52,212 nt of DNA from Bacillota bacterium (GCA_021791815.1 JAJYVV010000003.1:1-52212), one strand, 5' to 3'. Positions 36,352 through 46,744 are shown, counted from the stretch's first letter. The notes: generated by a model from the letters alone, not told the origin. Program-made: numbers and translations.

Positions 36352-37526
36352 ATGAATCGCCGGCCAGACGTGATGGCGCATGCCGGCGCCGCGGGCCAGC
36401 GGGCGGCGCCAGGTCCTCGGGGGCGCGGCCGCGGCTGGTCCTGGACCAGCTCGCGCCCTGGCCCCCGAGGGGAACGCCGTGGCTCGTGGCATACGGCCAC
36501 ACCGGCGACATCCTCGGCATCAGTCCGGGCATGGTCCACAACGACGCCCACCCCAACTTCCCGGACCTGCGGCCGCTGCTGTCGGCGCCCAACCGCTCCC
36601 CGGCGGCCCTGCTGCCCGGGGCCGTGGCGGACCACCAGGACGGGAGCGTCCTGCGCGGCCTGCCGCTCGTCGTGGGCGAGTGGCAGTTCTACGCGAACCC
36701 GCCGTTGCTCGGGGAACTCGGCGTCGCCTCGCCCCCACGGTGGACCTGGCAGGCCTTCGTGGATGCGCTCGCCCGGGCTGTCGGCCGGGGGAGCGCCCCT
36801 TCCTCCGTGCTGGTGGCGGGGACCGGCTGGGGGGATGCCAACCTCTGAGGGGCCCTGGTTCCGGGCCTGGGCGGGAGCCTGACGGCCGGAGGTGCCCTGG
36901 ACCTGAGCGGAGCCGTGGCCGCGACGACGCGGCTCGTGTCCGTGGCGCGCGGCTGCGGGTGGCACCCGGATCCGGAGAGCAACTGCAACAACCCGCACTG
37001 GAGCGACTTCTACACCGGGGGCTTCTTGCGGAGCGCCGGGGATGCGCTGTTCGCGTTCCTCCAGCCGATGCGCATCTATCCGGGCCGCGTGCCGCCCGCG
37101 CTGCGGAGCCTGCCGACCGCGGCGTTTCCGCGGATGCCGGCCCGAGACGTCGTGCCCGCGTACTCCGGCCTGGGCCTGTCCCCGTACGCGACCGATCCCG
37201 AGCTGGCCACGCAGGTCCTGCTGTGGCTGTATGAGCCTCGGCAGCAGCGGCTGCTCGCCGCCCATGGCTGGCTCCCGGTGGTGGAGGCCGTGGCCCAGCA
37301 GGTCTGGCCGACCCTGCGGGGCGCCATGCCCCCCTTCTGGGCGAAGTTCGATGCCCCGGGGTACACCGACGTTCAGGAGCAGATCACGGCGGGCCGGCCG
37401 ACGAACCCCATCGCGCTGAGCATTGCGGTGGAGGACGCCTGCCAGGCCCTGTATGGCGGCGCGGACGTCGCGCAGGAGTTGGCCACCCTGCAGAAGCGAC
37501 TGGAGGCGTTGATCGGGGCGGGCTGA
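36352..37526 (+). pseudogene. Extracellular solute-binding (ABC, sugar-type) protein interrupted by an in-frame TGA
   Basis: DLRPLL, LRGLPL, FYANPPLLGELGV..P.WTWQAFVD, GLGLSP...PELATQVLLWL. ORFs 36150-36848 and 36915-37526 share a frame separated by one TGA (36846-36848). N-terminus degenerate. Confidence 0.6.
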
Positions 37527-37603
37527 GAGCGCCGATGCGGGGCCCGGGCGCGCCGGCCCCGGCGGGGCGTGAGGCGGCGAGCCCCGGGACCGCGCGGTCG
37601 CCG

Positions 37604-38656
37604 TCAGGCCTCCCCGTACACGGGCCACGGGAAGGAGGAGCGCACCGGGACATACCGCGCGGTGCGGGCGGCATCCAGGGCCGCGAGCATCACCTCGAGG
37701 ACGTGGTAGGCGTGCGGACCGGTCATCGCCGGCCGCGTCCCGGAGGCCAGGCACTCCGCGACGTACGAGGCGCCGCACGACCAGTGGTAGCCCTCCTGAT
37801 CGGTGGCGCGCGTTTCCCAGCCGGTGGCGCCCGCGCGGCTGACCTCGATCCCGCGGGGCGCGAAGTCGTGGCCCAGCCAGCTGACCGCGCCCCCGGTGCC
37901 CAGGAGTTCGATCGTGGCCCGGCGGTCGTGCTCCGGCGGATACACGAAGCCCGTCATGATGCTCCCGAAGCGGGCGTCGCCGAAGTCGAGCAGGAGCATG
38001 GTGTTGTCATCGGCCTCGACCGTGATCTCGGCTCCCGCGACCGTGCGGCGGGGCCGGGCCACGCCGGACAGGGCCACGACGCCGCGGGCCGGTCCGAGGA
38101 GGCCCGTCAGGGTGGTGACGTTGTACACGCCGAGGTCGAAGAGCGCGCCGCCGCCCGCCTTGTAGAACCACTCCGCATGCGGGCCGCCGTGCCCGTACTT
38201 CGCCCGGGCCGCGCAGACCTTGCCGATCTCGCCCCCGCCGACGACCTTGGCCGCCGCCCGGAAGGTCGGGCTGAGGACGCAGTTGGGCGCGCCATACAGC
38301 CCGAGACCTCGCCGTTCCGCTTCCTCCAGCAGAGCGGCGCCGTCCGCCAGGGACGTCGCGATCGGTTTCTCGCACCAGACGTGGCGGCCGGCCCGCAGAC
38401 CCTTCCGGTTGATCGGCGCGTGCAGGGGCATCGGGGTCAGGTTGACCAGCAACTCGAAATCGGCCCGGGCGAGCATGGCGTCGACGTCCGTGAACGCGCG
38501 GGCCACGCCGTGGCGCTGCGCCGCGCGGCGCGCGCGTTCCGGGTCGACGTCGCACACCGCCTCGACCTGCACCGCTGCGCTCGCCGCAAGGTTGGGCAGA
38601 TACGCGCCCTCGCTCACCCCGCCGCAACCGACCACGCCCACGCGCGTGCGCGCCAC
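37604..38656 (-). CDS. Gfo/Idh/MocA family oxidoreductase
   Basis: RVGVVGCGGVS, NLTPMPLH, HVWCEKP, WFYKAGGGALFDLGVY. GGAGGGG SD. Confidence 0.9.
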   Translation of the reverse strand: MARTRVGVVGCGGVSEGAYLPNLAASAAVQVEAVCDVDPERARRAAQRHGVARAFTDVDAMLARADFELLVNLTPMPLHAPINRKGLRAGRHVWCEKPIATSLADGAALLEEAERRGLGLYGAPNCVLSPTFRAAAKVVGGGEIGKVCAARAKYGHGGPHAEWFYKAGGGALFDLGVYNVTTLTGLLGPARGVVALSGVARPRRTVAGAEITVEADDNTMLLLDFGDARFGSIMTGFVYPPEHDRRATIELLGTGGAVSWLGHDFAPRGIEVSRAGATGWETRATDQEGYHWSCGASYVAECLASGTRPAMTGPHAYHVLEVMLAALDAARTARYVPVRSSFPWPVYGEA

Positions 38657-38984
38657 GCACGACCCCTCCAGCACCCGCCGGCGATGCGCTTGCCGCGGCA
38701 GACCACGGATTCGCCAGGGGCGCGCCCGTTCCCGTCCGACGCGGAGGCGCGGGCGTTCCCCGGGTGCCCCATGACCCCGAGGGGTCGGGGCCACGATACG
38801 CGGGGCCCCACGGCGAGTGGTCGGCCAGGAGTCGCCACCATGACCACCGAAGTTGCGGCTGGTCCGGATGCGGACCCCGCGCCGCAAGGCGCCCGCGGGC
38901 CGCCGCTCGGCCCCAGCCCGGCGGCTCGCCCTCCGCGGGCAGGCGGCGGCCACGACGCTCGTTGCTGAGGGGAGTGGGCGGCCC

Positions 38985-39752
38985 GTGTGGAACTCGTTCC
39001 GCACCGACGCGCAGGTCTCCATCGAGACCGAGATCATCCGGTACCCGGGCGGCGGCGGAGACCAGATTCACGCGTACATCGCGCGCCCCCGCGGGGCGGG
39101 CCGACATCCGGGGGTGGTCCTCGTGCACCACATGCCCGGCTGGGACGAGTTCTACCAGGAATTCGCCGAACGGCTGGCGCGCCACGGGTACCTGGTCATT
39201 TGCCCAGACCTGTATTGCCGCTTCGGCCATGGGACGTCGGATGACGTCACGGCGAAGGTGCGGAGCCAGGGCGGCGTCCACGACGACAGCGTGGTGGCGG
39301 ACTGCGGGGCCGCGCTCGCCTGGCTCAAGGCGCAGCCCGACTGCAGCGGCAAGGTGGCCATCATGGGCACCTGTTCCGGCGGGCGCCACGCCCTGCTGGC
39401 GGCCTCCAGGGTGCCGGGCTTCGCCGCCGTCGTCGACCTGTGGGGCGGCGGAGTGGTGGCGTCGCCCGATCAGCTGAGCCCGGCCCGTCCGGTCGCCCCG
39501 ATCGACTACACGAAGGATCTCCAGGTGCCCCTGCTCGGCCTGTTCGGCAATGATGACCGGTCCCCGAGCCCGGACCAGGTCGACCTGCACGAGGCCGAGC
39601 TGCGCAAGTACGGTAAGGACTATGAGTTCCACCGATACGATGGAGCCGGCCACGGCTTCTTCTATTACCACACCCCGAACTACCGCCCGGCGCAGACGAT
39701 GGATGCCTGGGGCAAGATATTCGCGTTCTTTCAGAAGCACCTGAGCGACTGA
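38985..39752 (+). CDS. Dienelactone hydrolase family protein
   Basis: HAYIARP, HHMPGWD, CPDLY, GTCSGG (Cys nucleophile), GLFGNDD, YDGAGHGF. Confidence 0.9.
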   Translation: MWNSFRTDAQVSIETEIIRYPGGGGDQIHAYIARPRGAGRHPGVVLVHHMPGWDEFYQEFAERLARHGYLVICPDLYCRFGHGTSDDVTAKVRSQGGVHDDSVVADCGAALAWLKAQPDCSGKVAIMGTCSGGRHALLAASRVPGFAAVVDLWGGGVVASPDQLSPARPVAPIDYTKDLQVPLLGLFGNDDRSPSPDQVDLHEAELRKYGKDYEFHRYDGAGHGFFYYHTPNYRPAQTMDAWGKIFAFFQKHLSD

Positions 39753-39775
39753 TCCAAGCGGGGGGATGGGACGTC

Positions 39776-40060
39776 ATGTGCACCATGATTTCGAATACGG
39801 TCCGCATGCGGGGAGCGGCCAAGGGTCGGCCCGGGTGGTTCGGCATCACCCAGGCCACCGTCGCCTTCGACCACCCGGTCAACGGCGGCCTGGAGCACGC
39901 GGTGCTGCTCGACTTCTCGAATTACGCCCTCGAGCCCGGAGCGCGCGTCGCCGTGGAGTTGGACCTGGCCTCCGCCCGTGCCTTGGTGGACAAGCTGACG
40001 GCGGCGCTGGATGCGGCCGAAGCCGGCGGCTTCGCGCCGGATGCGGAAACGTGGCGGTGA
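39776..40060 (+). CDS. DUF6295-like small protein
   Basis: MCTMI...GAAKG..GWF...FDHP...EHA..LDF...RVAVEL...SARAL. From recall, this family typically follows dienelactone hydrolases. Confidence 0.7.
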   Translation: MCTMISNTVRMRGAAKGRPGWFGITQATVAFDHPVNGGLEHAVLLDFSNYALEPGARVAVELDLASARALVDKLTAALDAAEAGGFAPDAETWR

Positions 40061-40484
40061 CCGGAGGCGGGGACGGACCCTCACCGGCTCCGCCCACGGC
40101 GGGCTCCACCGCGCCTCGCGTGGGGACTCTCCGGGGCCGCCCCACTGCGTTCCGGCGCACAGAGATGCGCGGCCAAGGGCCTTCCGTTCCCCGGCGTTGG
40201 GAGCTCCTCGACCCGCCGGACGTGAACCATGGGCCTGCTGCGGTGGCGCCAGTCGCCCCCGCGCCGCGACGCGGGGGAGGCGTGGAGACCCCGGACCAAG
40301 CCCCGGATGTTCGACGGGGCCACCGTGCGCGCGTCCACGAAGCCCCCGTGATCCTGATCCGCCTCGCCCCGGTCCTGGAGAAGCGGCGGGAGCGGCGCCG
40401 ATCGCCGGCGGCCGAGGTCCCCGCGCCCGGGGCCGCGGAGATCCCGACGCCGCTGCCCCGCGGTCCGTTTCGCCCCGAGTAGAG

Positions 40485-40529
40485 GGGGGATGGGGCGGGG
40501 CCAGCGCCTCTGGCCCCGCCCCATCCCCC
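40485..40529. repeat. Perfect 20-bp inverted repeat
   Basis: GGGGGATGGGGCGGGGCCAG-cgcct-CTGGCCCCGCCCCATCCCCC. Confidence 0.8.
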
Positions 40530-40530
40530 G

Positions 40531-40893
40531 TTGGGTGCCTGCGATCGCGAGACGGCCAACACGCGCCGCATCCGGGAGAGGGTTCCGGACGACCGGTGCG
40601 GGTGGCAGCCGCACCCGAAGTCGATGACGATGGGCCGCCTCGCGCGCCACGTCGCGGAACTCTTGGCCCGGGCCCCGACGGTCCTCGCGACGGACGGCGC
40701 CGACCACCAGCGGTCGCGCGCGACCTGGACGGCCCGCCGCGGGGAGCAGATCCTCCTTTCCATGCCGCGGCGGGCCCAGCTGCCCATGCAGCTGGCCCAC
40801 GCCATCCACCACCGGGGCCAGCGGAGCGTCTCCCTTCGCCTCAACGAGATCCCCGTGCCCGGCATGGATGGGCCGTCCGTCGACGGGGCCTGA
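40531..40893 (+). pseudogene. DinB/YfiT-family protein remnant
   Basis: RETANTRR..ERVP....WQPHPKSMTMGRLARHVAE and HAIHHRGQ...LRL..IPVPG. 5' end and a central segment missing. Confidence 0.65.
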
Positions 40894-40994
40894 GGCCCGC
40901 GCGTCGTCGGCGGACGGCCCTCGTGGGCGCGGACGGACGGGCCGCCCCCCCACGGGGCGGATCGCGGGTTCACGGGGCGGCGTCCCTGCGGCCG

Positions 40995-41897
40995 TCAGCC
41001 CGCCGGCGCCGCGGCCGTCCCTGGGGCCACCCGCAGATACATCGCCAGCCCGGCCAGGGTCGCAAGGCCTCCGACCGCTTCGGCGAGCGTGGGCGCTTGG
41101 TGCAGCCAGACGAACCCGATCGCCGCCGCCCCAAGGGGCTCAAGGAGGTAGGCGAGGCTGACGGAGGCGGGGGGGATCTGCGCCAGGCTGTAGTTGGCGA
41201 GGGCGTGCCCGAGCAGGGTGGGCAGCAGGGCGAGGGCCCCGAGCAGGATCCAGACGCGGGTCGGGAACCCGCCAAGCGGCGCGCCGGAAGCCATGGCGAG
41301 CCCCGTCAGGGCGGTCGCCGCGACCGTGAACACGCAGAGGTTGTATGGGACGGCGCCGAGCGACGGGCGCACGGCCCGGCCGGCGAGCAGGTATGCCGCG
41401 GAGGCGACCGCCCCACCCAGCGCAAGCGCGTCCCCGAGCCCCGCCGTGCCGCGCAGCGACCAGTCGCCGCCCCCCAGGAGCACCATGCCGCCGAGGCTCA
41501 CCGCCACCCCTACCCACTGCCCCGGGCTGGGCCGGCGCCCGAACAGGATGGCCTCCAGGGCGAGCAGGGGCAGCGGGGCCGCGTTCACGAGCGTGACGGC
41601 GGGCGCGATCGTGGTCAGGCGCAGGGCGCCGATCCAGAGGTAGAAGTGGGCCGCCAGCGCCATCCCCGCACCGACCGTCCAGAGCCGGCCCGGCCAGCGG
41701 CCCAGGGTCGGGGAACGCGCGGCCGCGCCGAGGCCGAAGGGCGCCAGGGCGGCAGCCGCGAGCCAGAGCCGCCAGGCGGCCACGGCCGCGGGCGGGGTGG
41801 GGGCCGTGGCGGTGATCATGGGCCCGGAGGTGAAACTGGTCAGCACGGCCACGGCGAGCGCGAGGGCCGCCGTCCGGGGGCCCGCGGGTATGCGCAC
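40995..41897 (-). CDS. DMT/EamA family transporter
   Basis: AAWRL, LAAHFYLWIGAL, GDALALGGA, PTLLGHALANYSL, LLEPLGA. Confidence 0.85.
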   Translation of the reverse strand: MRIPAGPRTAALALAVAVLTSFTSGPMITATAPTPPAAVAAWRLWLAAAALAPFGLGAAARSPTLGRWPGRLWTVGAGMALAAHFYLWIGALRLTTIAPAVTLVNAAPLPLLALEAILFGRRPSPGQWVGVAVSLGGMVLLGGGDWSLRGTAGLGDALALGGAVASAAYLLAGRAVRPSLGAVPYNLCVFTVAATALTGLAMASGAPLGGFPTRVWILLGALALLPTLLGHALANYSLAQIPPASVSLAYLLEPLGAAAIGFVWLHQAPTLAEAVGGLATLAGLAMYLRVAPGTAAAPAG

Positions 41898-42006
41898 GGC
41901 CGCCAGGGATTCGCCCTTGGCCGGGCCGCGCCTCCCCCGATCCGGGGCGGGGCTCCGGGGGGGCGGCAGACAGGGGCCGCAGCCCCGGGAGCCGAAGTGC
42001 CACCGC

Positions 42007-43827
42007 GTGGGTTGGAGCGCGGCCGCGGTGGCGACCCTCGTCCTCCTGGCGGCCGTGGTGGCGGCGGCGGTCAGCCACCGCGTCCCGTCCGCGGTGGTCG
42101 GCGGCGCCTTGGTGTGCCTGCTGGCAGGCCTGCGCATCCTCCCGGTGGCGAGGGCCTTTGCGGGGTTCGGGAGCGAACTCGTGTTGCTGGTCGGCGGCAT
42201 GATGGTCGTGGCGGCCGGTCTGACCCGCACGGGCGCCGCGGACCGGCTCGTGGCGGGCGTCGAGGTGGCCGCGGGCCGGCCGGACGGGGTGCTCGCGGAA
42301 CGGCGGCTGCTGGGCGGCCTGGTCCTGGCCGGGGCGGCGACCGCGGCCCTGCTCGGCGACGTTCCGGCCATGGCGGTCTGGCTGCCGGCCGTCTCCCGCA
42401 TCGCCCGTCGCCATGGGACGACGCCCGGCCGGCTGCTCCTGCCCATCCTCTTCGGGGTGCTGGCCGGGTCCGAGGTCACGCTGATCGGTACGGCCGGCAA
42501 CATCCTGGCGAGCGGCATCCTGACGGCGGTTCCCGGGCAGGTGGGCTTCGGCGTGTTCACCCAGGCCCCGGTCGGGCTGGTGGCCGTCGCGGCCGTATTC
42601 GCGCTCGCGGTGACCGTGGGGCCGGCGCTGCTGCCGGCGAAGCATCCGGGGGAGCCCGCCGACGTTGACTTCGCCAACCTGAAGATGTACCAGGGTGAGG
42701 TGGCGGTGGCCGCGCATTCGGCCCTCGACGGGCGCCGGTTGCGCGAGGCCGCCGTGCTTCGGGAACTGGGCCTGCGCGTGACCGCGATTTTTCCCGGTGC
42801 CGACGCGCCGGGGCGCCGGGGCCTGCCCCTGCCCGGGAGCTCCCCGCCCGCCACCGCGGGCCCCGACAGCGTGGTCCGGGCCGGGGACAGGCTCCTGGTG
42901 CAGGGCAGCGCCGAAGACCTGCTCGAGGCGCAGAACTCCGGGCTGTTCGAGCTGCGGGGCCCGGCCGAGGCGGCGACGGTGACGGCCGAAGCCCTGGTCG
43001 TACCCGAATCGGGCCTGGTCGGTCGCACCCTGACCGAGCTCGGGTTCCGCCAGCGCTACGGGCTGGACGTGCTCGCGGTGTGGCGGCACCGCGGCCAGCC
43101 CCTGACGCGGTTGCAGCACCTCCGCCTCCGGCCGGGCGACATCCTCCTGCTGTCGGGTTCGCGCCTCGCGGCCCTCCGCCTGCATGAGCGCCTCGACGCC
43201 CTGCTGCTCGGCGAGCGCGACGCCGCGCCCCCGCGGCGGGACCGGGCCGCGGTGGCCCTGGGGCTGCTTGCCGCCTTCGTCGCGGTGGCCGCCACGCGGC
43301 TCATGGATCCGGCGGCGGCCGCCGTCGGCGCGGCGGCCGGCATGGTCCTCACCGGCTGCCTGCGGCCGGAGGAGGCGCTGGCAGCCCTGGATCTGCCGAT
43401 CCTCCTGTTGCTGGCCGGCATCGTCCCTCTCGGCACGGCCCTGCAGGCCACGCCCGTGCCGGCCCTGGTCGCCGCGGGCCTGGCGCCCCTGGCCCGCGCC
43501 GACGGGCCGCTCGCCGTGTGGGCGGTCCTCTTCCTGGTGGCGGCGCTCACCACCCAGCTCCTGTCCGACGTCGCCACGGTGCTGCTCTGGGTGCCGGTCG
43601 CCCTGCGGTCCGCCGCCCTGCTCCACGCCGACGCGCGGCCGCTGGCCCTGGCCGTGATGCTGGGCGCCCAAGCGCCGGTGGTCGCCCTCGGCCACAAGGT
43701 GGCCCTGCTGGTGCCCTCCGCGGGGCGCTACAGCAACCGGGATTTCCTGCGCTACGGCCTGCCCGCCGCAGCGCTGCTCCTTGGCGCCGGCCTGTGGGCC
43801 GCCCCGCGGGTCTTCCCCTTTCGTTGA
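42007..43827 (+). CDS. SLC13-family permease with two TrkA-C domains
   Basis: AFAGFGS, LLLPILF, TLIGTAGNI, two TrkA-C repeats (VVRAGDRLLV, LRPGDILLL), GRYSNRDFLRYGLP. Confidence 0.85.
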   Translation: MGWSAAAVATLVLLAAVVAAAVSHRVPSAVVGGALVCLLAGLRILPVARAFAGFGSELVLLVGGMMVVAAGLTRTGAADRLVAGVEVAAGRPDGVLAERRLLGGLVLAGAATAALLGDVPAMAVWLPAVSRIARRHGTTPGRLLLPILFGVLAGSEVTLIGTAGNILASGILTAVPGQVGFGVFTQAPVGLVAVAAVFALAVTVGPALLPAKHPGEPADVDFANLKMYQGEVAVAAHSALDGRRLREAAVLRELGLRVTAIFPGADAPGRRGLPLPGSSPPATAGPDSVVRAGDRLLVQGSAEDLLEAQNSGLFELRGPAEAATVTAEALVVPESGLVGRTLTELGFRQRYGLDVLAVWRHRGQPLTRLQHLRLRPGDILLLSGSRLAALRLHERLDALLLGERDAAPPRRDRAAVALGLLAAFVAVAATRLMDPAAAAVGAAAGMVLTGCLRPEEALAALDLPILLLLAGIVPLGTALQATPVPALVAAGLAPLARADGPLAVWAVLFLVAALTTQLLSDVATVLLWVPVALRSAALLHADARPLALAVMLGAQAPVVALGHKVALLVPSAGRYSNRDFLRYGLPAAALLLGAGLWAAPRVFPFR

Positions 43828-44819
43828 CCCGCACAGGGCGCGCCGGGCCACGGCGTCCCGCGGGGCGGTGCGGAGGCCGCGCCGAACCCGGGCGGGTGGG
43901 CGGCCTGTGGGCCTCGGTCCAAGAGTTCCTCGATCATGAACCGTGTCTTGGGCAACAGGCGGGAGGACGGGTCAACCCGCAGGGCGGCATCCACGGCGTC
44001 GGCCGCCCTGCGCAGTCCGAGCCGGCCGGCGAGGGTCAGGATGTCGGCGCGATCCTCCACGCGCGAGGCCAGGCACTTCCTCGCGAAGATAGAGGCGGGC
44101 TCGGGTACCCAGACCAGCAGGCCCGGCAGGGCATCCAGGACCTCCCGCTCGCGCGCAGGGATCGGGCTGCGGAATTCCTGCACGCCGTCGTGCAGCCAGT
44201 CCGGCACGAGGTCCATCGCTCGCGCGATCCGCCGCGCCTCCTGGGCCACGACGGCCTCCGGCTCGAACACCCCGTCGACGTCCCGGGTCGCGGCGCGCGC
44301 ATCGTGGGCAAGGCGCGTGGCGGCGCCGCCAACGTGCACGCCGCGCTCGTGAAGCCCTTTGGCCAGCGCGCAGCGCCCGCTCGATCGCGTCCTTGCGTGT
44401 GACGAGCCGACAGCCGGTCCGGCTCGGCCCCCCCACACCCGGTCGAATTCGGGCTCCCCGATGAACACCAGGCGCCGGCGGAAGGCCGGGGGAGTCTCCA
44501 CATGTGCAAGGGGCCAGAACCCCTCGCGCGGCTCGTGGAACCAGGAGCGCTCCAGGAAGCGCCCTGGACCCTCCGCCCATCCGGGCGCCGGAAATCCATC
44601 CCCCTGGGCGAAGTGCTCGGCCATCGCAGCCAGGTACGCGTCGAAGCGTGGGTCGCCCGTGGGCGCCGGCTCCTCGGCCAGCAGTCCTGGCCGCCCTGCG
44701 CGCCCCGGACGCCGGTAGTCGTCGACGAAGTCCCGGATCGCGAACGGGTCGGCCGATTCGCGCAGCGCGCGGGCCACGAGGCTGCCCGTGACGGCGACGG
44801 TCCGCGGGCGATCGGTCAC
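43752..44819 (-). pseudogene. Degenerate two-gene module now in one frame: antitoxin/regulator-like domain plus DUF6036-like nucleotidyltransferase
   Basis: N-part EPAPTGDPRFDAYLAAMAEH...ETPPAFRRRLVFI. C-part VGGAA...ATRDVDGVFEP...DWLHDGV...KCLASR.EDRADI. The NTase N-terminus (KDAIERALRA) lies in another frame. TATACT -10 at 44843-44848. Confidence 0.6.
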
Positions 44820-44950
44820 GCCTCGGCCACGCCCCGCAAGGAAGTATAGCGCGGCGCTCCGCGGCCCATGGCCGCCGCGAAGAGGAGCGAAGGCCTCGGC
44901 CGCGTATCGGCCCACGCGAAGGTTGGAACCGTCAAGGGGCGGCAAAGGAC

Positions 44951-45868
44951 ATGGCGCAGGCCCGCGACCCGGTCGATGCCGCGGTCTCCAGGGCCGAACT
45001 GCGCGGCCTGCTCGGCGAACTCCCGGCGGCGTCCGGACCCGTGCCCGCGACGCTCCTCTCGACCGAAAAGCGCGAGCCATACGTCCTGGAGCACCTCCTC
45101 CTCGACCTCAACGGCGTGGAGCGGGTGCCCGCGATCTACACCCGGCCGCGGGGCGTCTCCGGCCGGCTGCCGGTGGTCCTGTTCAACCACTCGCACGCCG
45201 ACTTCGGAAAGACCGAGATGCTCCAGGCCGGACCGTACATGCCCCCGCAGGGCTGGGCCGAGGTCCTCGCGCGCCGGGGAGTGGCCGCCCTCGCGATCGA
45301 CGCCTGGAACTTCGGGGAGCGGCGCGGGCGGACGGAATCCGAGCTGTTCAAGGAGATGCTCTGGAGGGGTCAGGTCCTCTGGGGCATGATGGTCTTCGAT
45401 TCCCTGCGCGCGCTGGACTACCTCGCGGGGCGTCCGGACGTCGACCCGGGGCGGATCGGCACGCTCGGCATGTCCATGGGCAGCACCATGGCTTGGTGGG
45501 TCGCGGCGCTCGATCCCCGCGTGCGGGTGTGCGTGGACATCTGCTGCCTGACGGATTTTGAGACGCTGATCCGCGTGAGGGGCTTGGACGGCCACGGCAT
45601 CTATTATTACGTGCCGCGGCTGCTGCGCCACTTCTCGACAGCCGGGATCAACGCCCTGATCGCGCCCCGTCCCCATCTCGCCCTGGCCGGCGACTTCGAT
45701 CGGCTCACCCCGCCCGAGGGGCTGGAGGCCGTGGACCGGGAGTTGCGCGCCGTCTACGCCGCGCGCGGCGCAGCGGACGCGTGGCGGCTCTCGCGGTATG
45801 CCGTCGGCCACGTGGAGACGCTGGGGATGCGCACCGAGGCGCTGGCGTTCCTGGAGCGCTGGCTGTGA
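44951..45868 (+). CDS. Alpha/beta hydrolase (dienelactone hydrolase / acetylxylan esterase-like)
   Basis: [25 protein letters not shown] (nucleophile Ser), [18 protein letters not shown]. Confidence 0.85.
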   Translation: MAQARDPVDAAVSRAELRGLLGELPAASGPVPATLLSTEKREPYVLEHLLLDLNGVERVPAIYTRPRGVSGRLPVVLFNHSHADFGKTEMLQAGPYMPPQGWAEVLARRGVAALAIDAWNFGERRGRTESELFKEMLWRGQVLWGMMVFDSLRALDYLAGRPDVDPGRIGTLGMSMGSTMAWWVAALDPRVRVCVDICCLTDFETLIRVRGLDGHGIYYYVPRLLRHFSTAGINALIAPRPHLALAGDFDRLTPPEGLEAVDRELRAVYAARGAADAWRLSRYAVGHVETLGMRTEALAFLERWL

Positions 45869-45934
45869 GCGGCGGGGCGGCGTTCTCCGGCCGGAACGCC
45901 GCCCGCCGCTTCCAGGTCGCGACGGCGGTGCGGC

Positions 45935-46176
45935 GCTTCGCGATAAGCCCGTGCGGATCGAGGACGAACTTCCGCGCCACGCCGCGGCCGAAATCGCGGT
46001 AGCCGCGGGCGCCTCGTCCAGTGGGAGGACGTTGGCGTTGAAGGCCTTGGCGCCCTGGGCCCGGCCGCGGAGGGCGTCCACGCCCCCGCGATCCGCCGTC
46101 CCATACAGGCCCGGTATGCCCAGCCGGTGTCCGGGTGATGTCCATGATGGCGTTGAGCACCGTGGTGGTCGTCGGC
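45935..46176 (-). pseudogene. Fragment of glutathione-independent formaldehyde dehydrogenase (FdhA-like)
   Basis: Pieces spread over different frames: TVLNAIMDITR, RLGIPGLY, AKAFNANVLPLDEAP, RGYRDFGRGVARKFVLDPHG. Confidence 0.65.
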
Positions 46177-46216
46177 CGGGGTTGGGTTGGGCAGCAGACC
46201 GGGCACCACAGCCGGC

Positions 46217-46744
46217 TCAGGGCGGCTCCCCGGAGGCCCGTTCCTGCTCTGGCTGGAGCGCATGGCGGAACCGTATCTCCGTCCCGTTGCGCCGCACGGC
46301 GCCGTCGGGGCGCCACCCGGTGGACCCGTAGAAGGACGCTGCGCGTTCGTAGCCGCGCCGCGTCCACAGGACGGCCGCGCGGTAGCGGTCCTGGCGGAAG
46401 GCGGCCAGCGCCACCGCCATCAGGGCGCGGCCCGCGCCCTGCCTCCACGCCTCCGGATGAACGGCGATGGTGTCGAGTTCGCCGAGGCTCGCGGCGTCCG
46501 CATCCCCGCACGGCCGGATCCCCGTGAATCCCACGATGGAGCGTTCCGCCTCGACCACCCACCACCGGTGGGGCGCCGGGCGGCAGATGTCCCGTTCCCA
46601 TCGGGCGATTTGTCCGGCATCGAGGCTCCGTGGCGGCAGCAAGCCCACGAAGCCCGCGTTCCACGAGGCGATGTAGATCGCGGCCACGCGCGGCGCGTCG
46701 GGGGCCTTTGCCGGCCGCACGGTCAGGGTCGGGAGGACGGACAT
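46217..46744 (-). CDS. GNAT family N-acetyltransferase
   Basis: TVRPA, IVGF, GELDTIAVHPEAWRQGAGRALM, VLWT, AASFY..TGW. Confidence 0.85.
   Translation of the reverse strand: MSVLPTLTVRPAKAPDAPRVAAIYIASWNAGFVGLLPPRSLDAGQIARWERDICRPAPHRWWVVEAERSIVGFTGIRPCGDADAASLGELDTIAVHPEAWRQGAGRALMAVALAAFRQDRYRAAVLWTRRGYERAASFYGSTGWRPDGAVRRNGTEIRFRHALQPEQERASGEPP

Noticed and set aside
32473-36492. 1339-aa minus-strand ORF and similar long ORFs (28376-31507, 40011-42668, 41140-43851, 46723-49287)
   Set aside because: Stop-poor shadow frames expected at this GC content. They overlap well-supported genes and show no motifs.
36846-36848. Selenocysteine or genetic-code reassignment of TGA
   Set aside because: The context suggests Trp rather than Cys, and TGA ends many intact genes in the window.
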